From NCBI GenBank assembly GCA_965235115.1, contig OZ249446.1:14570001-14634000 (forward strand): 64,000 nucleotides of DNA, given 5' to 3'. A model generated the notes under the pieces. It saw only the letters and a list, made by a program, of their open reading frames with translations, searched no databases and was not told the DNA's origin. The position numbers were made by a program, and so were the translations under genes. Positions 26,704-39,036 of the stretch are shown piece by piece. This DNA comes from Laetmonice hystrix. Taxonomy: Eukaryota. Every line of letters starts with the position of its first letter. Position 1 is the stretch's first letter.

Positions 26704-29700
26704 GTGAGTAGATCAACATGAGAACGAGTCAGAAAATGACGGTCACGGAGGTTTTTCTAAAGCTAATAACGCTACAGTTTGGTTGATACGCATACATGAA
26801 TCCCTTACCAACTCCATTGGGTTCCAATACTCGCATTCATGAACGATGCGTAGGGTATTCAATCAGGGGGTGGGGGGTCAGTCCAATAACCTGACCCCAT
26901 TGATTCCGTTTCTGTGGTGTTGACCATTCGATAGAGGAATAAATCCTACAAGGTCAAAATGTATCCATGGACACGACTATGGCATTAAATCGTGTGAACG
27001 TAAGGACGATGGTGAGCCCGTCCTCTTCACATCCAACTGCCGGATGTCTAATTTCCTGAACCAATCGACTTAGGGTTAAAAGGAAGTTCAGCTGGAGTTC
27101 GTAGGTGACACCCTACAAAGACAATAAATCTATCGGCAGAATGGGTCGGGGTGACTGCTATTCAGTTGTTCATTAGCGGGCGGGAATGTATTAAGTAGTC
27201 CCTTACCGCAAGTCACCGGCTGCTCAAGTCCCATGCGACCAATCAAAATCTACAACAGCGCCGACTTAGGATTATCATCTTCAGGTGGGGAAGTACGAAG
27301 TGTGGCACAGCTTAATTAACAAATAATGGACGTGATGAACTAGTGAGGAAGGAACAGAATAATTTCTAAAGATCCGTACAATGTGTTAATGACTTTTCCG
27401 ACAGGGATGTCGGGCCAAGCTCTTCATAGAAATTGGCAATCTGATCTGACGTTCAGGTATATTAACGCTAGAAGCAGGACAATATACCGACACAAGTATG
27501 ATGTGTCATATATTTTGGACAGGACATGGACAGACTGGGAAAATATGACAAATTATATAGGTAGATTGGAGCAGACCAGCAAGTAGAAAGAAAAACAGAA
27601 AAACCGGGCCTGCGTAAACTAGATTTGGAGAAATAAAGATCCACTTAGGCGAGACAGAGATACGAGTCAGGTAGTATTTGCTGGGAGCGGGGGAGGGGGT
27701 CATTATCCATTTCTGCAATAAATTTTACGGCAGAAACAAGGGATATCCACGCAGCATACCTAAATTTCAATTGATTTGTTCAATGCAAAAACATGCCATC
27801 CTCATCATCTTCGATCGATGCTTGGCCAGATGATTCAGAATCGTGCGTATTTCCAACGTAGGCCTAGTGGCAGGCCAGAGGAAATAGGTACAGTGACTGT
27901 TGTCTGAGATGTGCCCAGAATTCCCCGGTTCGTGCTCAGACAGTAGTTCAAAGATCCCTCCTTATTTGATGAAAGAAAAGCATTAGTCACCGAGCAATCG
28001 ATGCTCGATCGCGTGCCGCCAACGTTGTGTACGTAACGTGCGTGCCGTGCCCCTCTCTCGGCACTTCGTGACTTGTTCACTTCGATCTTGAATGTCTATG
28101 TGGAACGGCTGTTGCAAACTCAATCTGAAGTCAATGCAGATATTCTTATGCTTTTCTTCAATGAAAACACCAAGTAAGTCTGCCTTGGCTAGAGAACGAT
28201 GCCTGTAACCCCTTACATATATGGCTGAGTAATGCACCAGTTCCTGCAGGAAATTGAAAAGTATTTCGCGATTTTGTCCATCCCGACATTTTGCTCAGTT
28301 CCTTGTCCTCAAATCGATTTGCACTGAACAACATCGGATCCAAAGTAGGAAAGGATGAAAGACATCTCTGAAGTGGTCTACTAGCTCGTGCTCAAGGTGC
28401 AACTACTTGAATATTTTAGTATCTTCCTAGACGCTAGTTCAGTTTTTGTTATTTTATATTTCATATTCCATTTGATGCGGTTCGTATTTTCTGGTATCGA
28501 ATCCTTGGTTCCGAAATGATTTCAAAGTTACCTATGAATTATTTAATAGTAGGCCTCTGTTTCCTGTGCATATAAGTCTTTCTAATAGACATTCCTCTAT
28601 ATTATTCAGATTGAGTCACCTGTTAGACGCCGATTCTCATTTGATAAAGGTTTCTGTGAGGATTTTCTGTTTAAACCTCTCCTTATGGATCTACAACCAA
28701 CTTCCTTGAACCATGACGTCATGGAATGTCGACAACATTTTCAGCGAATTTAAGTGTGCCTTATAAAATCATTAAACAGAAAAACAATAATAGCCTTGGA
28801 TTGCTCGTGTTTCTCCAGACCTTTCTGCGGACTGGCACAGCCAAGACTATATATACTATACTACTGGGTCGCCTGTTGTCAGAGGTTGAATGTAGGTAGG
28901 ACTGCGACTGATATATCCTGTCCTGAAGCCACATACTCCATAGTCGAGATGACCACAGTACGGTCCGTCTGTGATATTTACGTCAGTATCGGTGTAACGT
29001 CCTTACGGCGGGACGCTATCAGATTAAAGGTAACCACAAATAGGTTGCAGGGAAGTAATTTCGTGCATGCAACGTTGCCCCTGCGTGTCACACCTTCACA
29101 TTATGGCCTAACTGTTTCGTTGCGGGCGTAATGACCGCTAATAGAAGGAGGATATTCAGTAAGCAAACGAGGCTTACTGCTGAAAGTTGTTTAGTTAACA
29201 TCGATAAAGCTCACTCATCGCCATTGTAACTGTTTGTTCACTATCTCATGTTGACGCTTCCAGAACCCGGATTGGTCGGACTTTACAGCGGCAGACTGGC
29301 TTGGGCAGGGGCGTTTATTGGTCTTATTTGATTATCAAGACTCTTTCATGTAACTTGCCTAATTCGGAGGCTGATACAGCAAACTATCAATGGTCCAATA
29401 TTTGTTCTGGGCAAACTAATCGGAATATCAGCCGCCAGTCGCCAGCTCTTTATTTGAAGATGACTCGCATAATGCCGATTATTTTCAAACGGTGCCTCGG
29501 TTTTGCCATGGAAGGACAGTGTGTGGAAACAGCAAGTCGTTTTCAGACTGGAAATCCAAAGACCAAATCAATTGACATTCCATGCATTCCAAAAATGTCT
29601 GGTATCTTTGGGGCATTGGACTACCATCACTGCAGGTAAACTTATGACAGCCTTGACGGATGAGCCGCATTAGAAATGCATTGAATGTTCTACCGATACG

Positions 29701-31710
29701 ACATTAAACGACGGTTTCTAATTTATAGGTCTTCGTATAAATGCCGGGTCTCGTCAACTCTATACCTTTGCCTATTGATTTACCTAGGGAGGAATTTACA
29801 GTTCCTCTTGATACCAATGTCATACACTGTGACTCCGGATATAGGAGCTGCCGGCAAAGGTTACCTTTTGACATCACTATTATCCTTCACGCTTAATACA
29901 TATTTACCAGCATTACAAATTCTGAACCCCTCAAAGATGGCTACCTTTAGACAGACCTGTCTCTCTGACGTAAACACATGATTAAGTTTAAAATGAACTT
30001 ATCGGTCATCAGTGATATCAGCCAATATGGCTGGAACGAGTCAAAGGAGCGTTTGAAGGGCAACCAGAGCGCCATACCGTACGAAAGTTCCAGCAGTGCT
30101 GACGAGAATATGGCCGACGGCTATAAGTCAGAGAGCCCAGCCAGGTATGATTGGTGTTGAAGGCGTCGGGCCTTGTGATCATCACAGCCCATCCAATAAC
30201 CTAATTAACATGGCACGGGGGGACGCCTGCATCCGGGAACCATGACCTGGCACCGCCTTACTAAATAATGCAAAGGCCACTTCTTACACAGTCTTCACAA
30301 ACCGCGTACTTGCAATCCTTCACGCGAGTGACACGGCCAATTCTACACTCCGAATTGGGAATCGTTTCCAATGGCCAAGCAGCACCACCTTCTGTCTAAT
30401 AAGACTGTTGTAGAGATTGGGGGATAGTTACTTCGCTGAAAAAAGGTTAAGTTCCGTGTAGCTAGGAAGCAATTGTATGGGGCACAGGAAGAAAATAGCC
30501 ATTGAGGATGACAGCTGTTTTAAAAAGTTACGCCATTCCCAGAAGAGAGGCCAGAACTCCGACTAATTGAAACACCACTAGTTAAATTTCGCTCAATAAT
30601 TGAGTACCCTGCCTTCATGTACTTGAGTATTAACAGCTCTTTGCGACGTAACTTGTCCTCGGAGTGAAATCACGTCAAGAGCTTACGCTTTCAGAGTTGT
30701 CGACTTCAGACAATTATTGCAAATTAACTTTCCATCCCAGTCGGTCTACAAGGAGCTACAAAAGTAATTCACCCGCAATTCGGAATCGTACAACACGGCA
30801 CGGCTGATAGTGGGCGTTCATGGATGTCCTTGAAGCCAGATTTGTTACCCGTGTAAGGTGAAAGTGTTCCATGGAGGTTCTTGTACATATGTCATGTGGA
30901 GGTAGCCATAGTTCAGTACCTACATCTCACATAGATTCATCAAGTCGCGAATGTCACACTTTGTGTCAAAATTGTAATGATACCTGAATTCCAATGGAAA
31001 CGTAAGGGATTCCTCTATTGGTGTGCGTGCCAATTGAACTGTCCGCTACTTTCAGATTCTGTCAGGACCATCGCGGTATACATTTATTGTCATAAACGCA
31101 CTGTAATTTGTCTCTTCGCCTAATGTTCACTTATATTGATATCTGTTCCACTGTGGAGGTCTAGCATGGCAGCATGTTAGTAAAATGAAACGTTAATGTT
31201 CAATAGTTGGATGGCTAACAACGAGGTAATATATCACGATTACACTGAAATATGTTCCTTTTCAATCTCTATTTCACATCTGTTAAAGAATATAACATAT
31301 TAACAAGGTGATAATGAATGTAATCTCGCTCCTCTCAGTACCTTATTGTTCGGATCTCATTGCATTTTATATCGGTCCCAGTCCATTAGTAGATGACACT
31401 TATATCTGGAACTATCCATTCGTTAAACGCATTTAAACGTCATGTATCAAATATTGCATATTTCATAAACTGGATGTCATTAAACACCTGATACCTTTTG
31501 ACTGTTTGTAAAAGTTATGGAATTTGGTGGCAACCTGAACATTGTGGCCAGGGTGTTGAACTACTTAATGCAGGAACTGCGTCAAAATGCTTATTGATTG
31601 TGATGAAGACTCCCCTTTTTTTCTTCAGTAAGAATATTTTCTAATTAGTTATTCATCAATACATCGCTTTCACTTTTAACTGACACTCTGTTTCTTTTAC
31701 TTGTTTCAGC

Positions 31711-32000
31711 CCGGAAGTAAGCGGTGCAGAACGATGTCGTGTTACCATAGCAACGCAACTATTTTGAATGTGGTCACATTCAATGCCGGCTTTCACGATG
31801 TATCTAAAAGATTTTGTGAAATATATGTGTAATGCATAACACATAGATGTCTAGTAGCGTCCACCTTGTTTATTGTGATAAAGTACCATTTCATTGACGA
31901 GTTCTATCTATTTTTATATGATACAGAGTCCCAGGGGCCGTGGGGGAAAACGCGTAGAGGAAAGATCACATAATTATGCATAATTATGCTCCTATATAAA
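31711..32000. promoter_or_regulatory. Promoter-like motif group (ETS, RFX X-box, palindrome, TATA)
   Basis: CCGGAAGT at 31711, GTTACCATAGCAAC at 31741-31754, CATAATTATGCATAATTATG at 31969-31988, TATATAAA at 31993-32000. Confidence 0.4.
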
Positions 32001-32807
32001 TAACAAACGAATACAAATGAGTAGTGTAATATAGATAGCAGCATTATCTGTCCAAGGTGTATGTCTTAAAATTCCATTAATAAAGTGATACTGTTTCTGG
32101 AACCGTAGTTTATGTGTGACACGTAGACTAGGAAGGACCTATCGCAAAGCACCATGGGAGAGGTCGGAAATTGAGAGGAAACCCCCTAACTTCTTCCCTT
32201 AATTAACGGGATAGCCGTTACACGCATTAATTTATCAATACTTTCCCTTGTACTTTTATCTAAATCCTCACCGTCAAAGAAAGACGTTTATATTTGTAAA
32301 TAACTGACCATAAGCAAAATGCAGCAGTTAATTCTATCTCTGCCCGTGTAAATAGCTGTTAAATTGCCTGAAGCGGCGCAGCACTGCCAGCTCTTCAAGG
32401 AGGCTAAGTTACTGCGGGGGCGTGGCGTTGTCGATTACGTAGGTCAGATCAGGTGTCACGGGGACTGGATGCTTAAAATTGGTCCCAGGGGGGCCCAACA
32501 AAAGGCGAGTCGTTGTGCATGGCATTTCATGCCATTTTAATCACACTTTTGTGAGTGGCAAGTTTATCTTGTTATTGATTTAGCATTCGTTTCACGTGCG
32601 CTTGATAAATCATTATCTAGTTGTAATTATATTATTCCTCTCCCGGGATTTCGATATATTGTCTTTTTTCTGGTAGTAGATGAGATTGTGTGGTTCCCCC
32701 CACGAAAGGCTTCGTTCCCTCGCTCTCTGTTCCAGCAGATGTATCCATTCTGAAGGACCAATTCAAAGTTCCCATAAACGAGGTGTCGAAAATGTCAAAG
32801 GCTGTGT

Positions 32808-33058
32808 GATTGGTTGGTCACGTTCCAATATACAACATATTACACTGCAGACAAATGGGAAGGTATAGTAGTAAACGTGGTGTCTCTAGTCAGTTTTTCG
32901 TCGACAGAGGGCAGAACCCGTCATGCGATATATATGCGCATGCGCACTTTACCCGCTTCCGCCTGTCCAAACCTGTGCCGCCCGGTTGGACGAGGTATTG
33001 TACCCTACACTGACGTCAGGCCTAGCGCTGTACTGAATCGAGCTTTGTTTATGACTCA
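32808..33058. promoter_or_regulatory. Dense TATA-less promoter-like motif cluster
   Basis: GATTGG at 32808, CCAAT at 32825, TGCGCATGCGCA (NRF1-type) at 32935-32946, GCTTCCGC near 32955, TGACGTCA at 33011-33018, TGACTCA at 33052-33058. Confidence 0.45.
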
Positions 33059-36000
33059 ATGCAATAAAAAGGCTGCACACCCAAAAATGTCTATAGTCTA
33101 GTTTATGCGAATCCTTTAGCTCAGTTATCTCACACACTCGCAAAAAAGGTCGAACATATTCCGAATATCCCAAGTTATCACTATAGACAGACACAGGCCG
33201 ATTGAAAGGTAAATAGTCTTTTTAACTGGCCAAGGACATCCTTATATGGTCATAATCCATAGCCACCCATGCCCTCCAACTCCCGTGTAACGTTCATGCA
33301 CTTTAATTCGGCATCACCTTTGAAACACCAATCCTCCATATGACCGATTAAGACAGTGTGTCACGTCTCGATTTATTAGATTCAATATTTCTATAGAAGG
33401 TACAATGAGAAGATTGCATCCTATTTTTACCCCTCTGAAGTCGTCTTAGAGGGAACCAGTACCACTCGTTGATGGCATGCAGATAGGATCGCTTGGAGCA
33501 GCACCAACGGGTCGCCATGACGTTGGATCTTACACGCAATTTTGGCGAAGGGCGCCAAGGTTCGAAGATCTTAGACAGGGGAACTCGCTGACCTTAGTAA
33601 AATGGCACAAGGACGAAATATACACTAACAGGAAGACGAAATCTTAGAATTCATGTCTTCTTTACAAGAAACTCGATTTTTTCTAGTAATACCCGTTGTT
33701 TGAATGGTACGAGCATGAGGATGAGTGGCCCGTGATTACTAGATGGGATCCCCCTTTACAAAAATTAATTTACAACCCCAGACTTTTCTTTCTTGCTTAT
33801 CTCTCTCTTTCTCGCTTATCTCTCTCTGTCTCTCTCTCTATCTCTCTCTATGACTACATCGGAATCTGCTTATCCCTACGCCATCCCCGATATTGCAATC
33901 CTTGCTACGCGCCCGATTACACATTTTATTTTTTCAAACAAATGTAGACTTCGCTCTTTGGCGACCATCGAAAGCTACTATCAGACAACTCGTCAGACCT
34001 TCAACATCAGCTACTTGAATAGAAGAAGGAGAGACGGTCGATGAACGGTCTACATTATTGGAGGATTCTGGGAGGGTGACCTATGAAAGAACAGCGTCAT
34101 TTGAAAACATTGACCGGTCAGGAAAATAGCCATCTGTCCGACTGGGCGGCCGCCAGCGTTCTGAAAACGTACGGATGACATTCAACAGTAACAATAAAAC
34201 TAAGTCTCCTACAAGAAGCGTCCGCGACAACAAGCGTGCATGAGGGGGGGGGGGGGCAAGTCACTTAGTGTCTTCGTGACATAAACACCATGCCACACAA
34301 ATTTTATATTGAACTATCATAATGTCACCGTGACCCAAAGATTGCAAGCCCTCTGAATTGGTTTGAATATTGCCGCCTTGTATATTTATTTGTAACTCGT
34401 GGTAACTTTATTACCTAGGCTACAGTCCTCCCTGTCACCTGCTGTCAGGCTCTGACCGCTCCATGTTACTTCAGTGTAATTTTGTTTTAAATTTGGCTTT
34501 ATGCCTTTACGAGACAATAATCACGAACTCATAACCTTCATGTAAAATTACATTTGGTCATAATTTCCGAGATTTATTCCACTTTTGATGATGATTTTTC
34601 ATCGTTAATATGACTAAAGATGTTATAATATGAGGGGTCGTTTTACCTTGTCACGAAATGTCTGTTTGAATTTGCTCTCGTTACTCTGTTCGGAATTGAA
34701 TACCGAATTGTTGGTCGGATAGCTTGCAGCATTTTCGGACATGATATTGGATCTCCGTGTTAGCTTGACGCGGTTGATGATAATGACGGATAACTCATCT
34801 TTTCGGTTAAAAAACAGATACTAGTGGTTGTACCACTGTTGCTGTCGATGATGGGATTTTGATCATAAGTACAGAATTACCTCCCTGACTGAGGACCTTG
34901 CTCGTTGCCCTTCAGGCTAACAGGTTTGGGTTTCCCGTAGTTCAAAATATAGGCCTTTCAAATCGCTGGCTCAAAGACGTCTTTGCGACGCAGGCAAGGG
35001 ACAGAGTTTTGCTGCATGTAGTGCTCGCTGTCGTCTCTTGCGTATAGGCAAAAAAACGCAGCAAAGACGTACTCCCAAAAATGTCTCTCGAAAAAACATC
35101 TAGCTGTCAGAACGTAAGCCAGTGTTACATTTTTGACTTCAGCATACCAGTCTTTGCCACCTGCCGATAATTAGACCTCAACCTATGGTCAAATAATTGC
35201 TTAAGCAGCTGAGTAGTGATAATTCTACGGAAGCCCAAAATGATCTAGAGTTAAAATAGAAATAATAAATTCAGAACGCCAGGTTTTAGGGGTATTGGTA
35301 AATGGCCTTTAAAGGGCTATGCGCAATAACGTGCAGACCCCATCGAATCCATCCAGTATACCAAGACACTAGGGAACCGTCCTATATCATTATAAACCGG
35401 ACTAAACCGAATTAAAAAGGGCCCGATGGATTTTAGTGGAGCGTAGCTTTCATTAGTGCCCTTGTTTAATTAACCACTGAAAAAAATATAATCAATACTA
35501 GGACTCCATGAAAAACTCGGTAGAGGTGGGGCAAAGGATTCACATAAGGGGGGGGGGGATGGGTATAATTGACATATTAGAACTAATTAATATATGCATT
35601 TTTAATGGAGTGCATATTACCCTTAACATGATCCAAGGATTCGACCTAATTTTGAAGAGTGGTTGCCTGCCACTAATGTTCGTAAGGTGGTTATAAAACA
35701 ACCTGAACTGTAGTGGGCCTGAACGTTGATTGGCGGGTGATCGGTGTGCCGAAAACTACACAGTGGGCCCTGGGGCAATCCTTGGGGCAGCCCTTCCATC
35801 TCAGACAAGTATAATAATTTATTATAATATAAAATTGGGGAAAATAATATGATCCTTACTTGGGACGTGGCTCGGGGCATCTATCAAATGTCCCCACCCT
35901 TTCGAGGCAACTGGGCAAGGAAGGTGGGCGTTTCATGGATACATTCAGTAGCACCAACCCTGCCTAAGACGTGTGGTACTACATTAACTGCCCTGGTCCG

Positions 36001-36986
36001 GCATTGCAATTTTTGACATGCAGTTTATAAAATGGCACTATTTTTAGAAGTTTTGACATATTTATCTGAAATGTATACCACAGTCCCTAAATAACCAGAT
36101 GATATAATGTGCAAAATATTATGACATTGGGATAAAAATTATAGAAGTTATATTCAAGAAAAAGATAGTTCCAGTTTTGTTTTGTTTTTGCCTACCTGAT
36201 ATATGCCGCAATTTCCACCGATAAAACAAATACTCTGACTCACGATGGCTGGCAAGAAATCAGTCACATCTACCTCTTCTTTGGGTGGGATGAGATGAAA
36301 ATAATCCCGCCTCCGCATACAAATTGGTGATAACATTTCCTTTATGCGAACAACTAGAGCCATCCGATAGTAGAATATCTGGCGACATTTTACGTTTCGA
36401 ATGTTGTGTTTCAAACTTCGCATCTCACTTTTCCCATTTCCAACTTATAATTAAAAAATCGGCCCTATGGGCTTTTATACTATTGTGTTTCATATAACAG
36501 TCCTTCGGAAAAATAAGGAATTAAACGCACACTATATAAAACTAGATGTATAGTGTTCATCTTCACAATATATGAAGACAGGAGTCCACTTACGTTAACT
36601 GGCATGTTCCTCCGTTAATATATAGCCACATTCACGTCAAGAACGGTATAAAATATTATTTTTACGTTCATCCATACAAAAAACCTTCTAATCATTACAC
36701 AGACAATATAGACAGACGTTTGTTCAAACTAAGCACGTAGTTCATAACGTGACAACAGTGTAAGAAACAATGCCCTCGGTGATGATTAGTTTAGAGTCGG
36801 TTTCCTGAAGGTAATCAAGGCTGGCAGTACACAGGAGCGGGAGAGAGATATAGCGAACGTTCGGTGGCACGTCGTATATATCCTCAAGGTGTTCAAGGTG
36901 ATGCGGACACGTGGCACACCCAGAGATACTGCGAACCCCGCCATGCCAGATAACGAGTCACGGATAGGATGCGGGCAGGACGCAAA

Positions 36987-37429
36987 CTATGAAGACCATA
37001 AGGTGACATCACCCGCCACTCGCCCCGCTACTCGCCACTCGCCACTCGCCCCGCCACTCGCCCCGCTACTCGCCACTCGCCCCGCTACTCGCCCCGCCAC
37101 TCGCCACTCGCCCCGCCACTCGCCACTCGCCCCGCTACTCGCCCCGCTACTCGCCCCACCACTCGCCACTCGCCCCGCTACTCGCCACTTGGCCCGCTAC
37201 TCGCCCCGCCACTCGCCACTCGCCCCGCTACTCGCCCCGCTACCCGCCGGTTAGGGTTAAGGTTAGGGTTAGGGTTAGCGTTAGCAGGGCGAGTGGCAGG
37301 GCGAGTGGCGGGGCGAGTGGCGAGTAGCGGGCCAAGTGGCGAGTAGCGGGGCGAGTGGCGAGTGGCGGGGCGAGTAGCGGGGCGAGTGGCGGCGCGAGTG
37401 GCGGGTATGTCACCTTATGGTCTTCATAG
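36987..37429. mobile_element. Foldback/MITE-like element with long inverted arms and a central TTAGGG-like core
   Basis: The termini CTATGAAGACCATAAGGTGACAT(C)ACCCGCCACTCG and CGAGTGGCGGGTATGTCACCTTATGGTCTTCATAG are inverted copies. The arms are built of CCACTCG/CCCCGCTACTCG modules, there are six TTAGGG-like hexamers at 37251-37286, and CAAA lies on both flanks. Confidence 0.85.
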
Positions 37430-37948
37430 CAAACACCGCCTTCCTATATATGGTGCAGCTACTTTTAAAGGATGTTTTAAGTGAAGCATAGGCGGTCTGT
37501 TCTAAAACAGAGCAGACTCCTTTGCGCCACAACAAAACCTCGCGATATGTATTGAAAGAAAGGGTCACGTAGGATCACAAGCACCCCAAAACACAGAGAT
37601 CAAACGAAATATTATATATTGAGTTTGTATCGGGACACAAACAGTACTCGTATCTGGGGCCTGTTGCACGATCAACGACAGTACAATAACGAAAAATGGG
37701 TAGATGTTCGTTGACCGTACGACAATGGCAACGACATGTCGTAGATTCTGTTGCATAAAGTCCATCGTTGATTTCTTGCTGGAACGATGTTTTCTGTCGT
37801 AGCCTGGTCCCCTGCCTACCAGACGCATCCGCTATGTTAGGCCAGGTGCTAGCTGGCAGCAGTCTCCATGACAGAGATCGTTCACTTCATTCAACCTCTG
37901 CCACACCCTGGGTCCTCCCTACTGCCGTTTCAGTGACCCCTGACCTGA

Positions 37949-38270
37949 CCCCCGGGTATAAACCAGGCTAGCCCAATGTATACCCCCCCCCCGCAGCCCA
38001 GATTATACCCCCATGGTAGAATATCCACAGTTTATTTCATACAGTTTTTAAATGTTTTAATCGAAATAACTACATACCAACTTCTTGTTTTAAAATTGTA
38101 TGTGGGATTTGTATATGGGTGTCGTACGTATAAAGTGGGCTGCGGGGGGGGGGGGGGGGTTAATAGGCCTAATCTGGGCTAGCCTAGTTTGTACCCCGGG
38201 GCTAGCCCAGAATAACCCCGGGTATACTCTAGGATAGCCCAGATTATACCCGGGTATAGTCTGGTGGGGG
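37949..38270. mobile_element. Palindromic GC-rich MITE-like insert nested in the Harbinger element
   Basis: CCCGGGTATAAACCAGGCTAGCCC (37951-37974) is inverted at 38176-38200, and a C-run-GCAGCCCA is inverted at 38136-38159. Further CTAGCCCAGATTATACCCGGG-like modules follow. Confidence 0.65.
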
Positions 38271-38859
38271 TATACTCCAGGCCCCTGCGTATGTCATTAT
38301 TATACTGCAACCTCTGACTACGCGCGTTTAAGGGAAATTGGGAGTGTGCAAAGTGCCACCCAGTGCTGCGCGTTGTTACCACATCACCATGTTCAGCAAG
38401 ACGCTGGATGTTTACCAGGCTGTAACCTTTAAAATTGATGGGTGACCCCGCCCCTCATTCTTTTCTTCTAAAACTAGTACTCAGGCCCGTAACCGGGGGC
38501 TGGCTGGGGAGGGGAGGGGTTTAGACCCCCCCCCCCCCCGGACCCAAAAGTCCATGTATAGGCCACACTTATCCAATACTATACTAGTGTATAGTGTTAA
38601 AACATATCTAAGTTGAAGTGAAAAATATAGGTTAGGCCTACTATTTTAGGCATATGGGCCTGTGTTTATACAACAGGTAGGGAATAAAGACACCTTAAAG
38701 TTTATGCAACAGATTCTGGAGGATTTCGGGCATATGCTGGCATTAAATTATATTCCTCTATAACAGTAGAGTCTTTACTTTGATTCATTTTAAGTCTTTA
38801 CTTAATTTTCTCATTTTGAAATGTAAACAAATGATATTTATACCCGTTGTTGTGCGGTG

Positions 38860-39036
38860 ATCCCCCCTCCGCGTCGGTCTCCTGCGGTAGAGCAGAAGCC
38901 CGACTGCAAAGGCCAGGCTGAGCCGAACCACCGACTGCTTATCTAAACGATATCGACGGATAAACTGCTCCGAGTGGAAGTATGTGACGGGATCTATATG
39001 TGAAAAGAACCGTCGTCTTCTCCCATGACGTTCCAT
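38860..39036 (-). pseudogene. N-terminal remnant of a Harbinger (HARBI1-like) DDE nuclease
   Basis: RRRRFFSHIDPVTYFHSEQFIRRYRLDKQSVVRL...RPTRR resembles the HARBI-family N-terminus (RxFRDRxDPL...E(F/L)xxRYR(L/F)...RxTRR). The catalytic part is absent. Confidence 0.6.

Noticed and set aside
37251-37286. True telomere or chromosome-fusion scar
   Set aside because: Only six hexamers, three of them perfect, all in one orientation and inside a TIR element.
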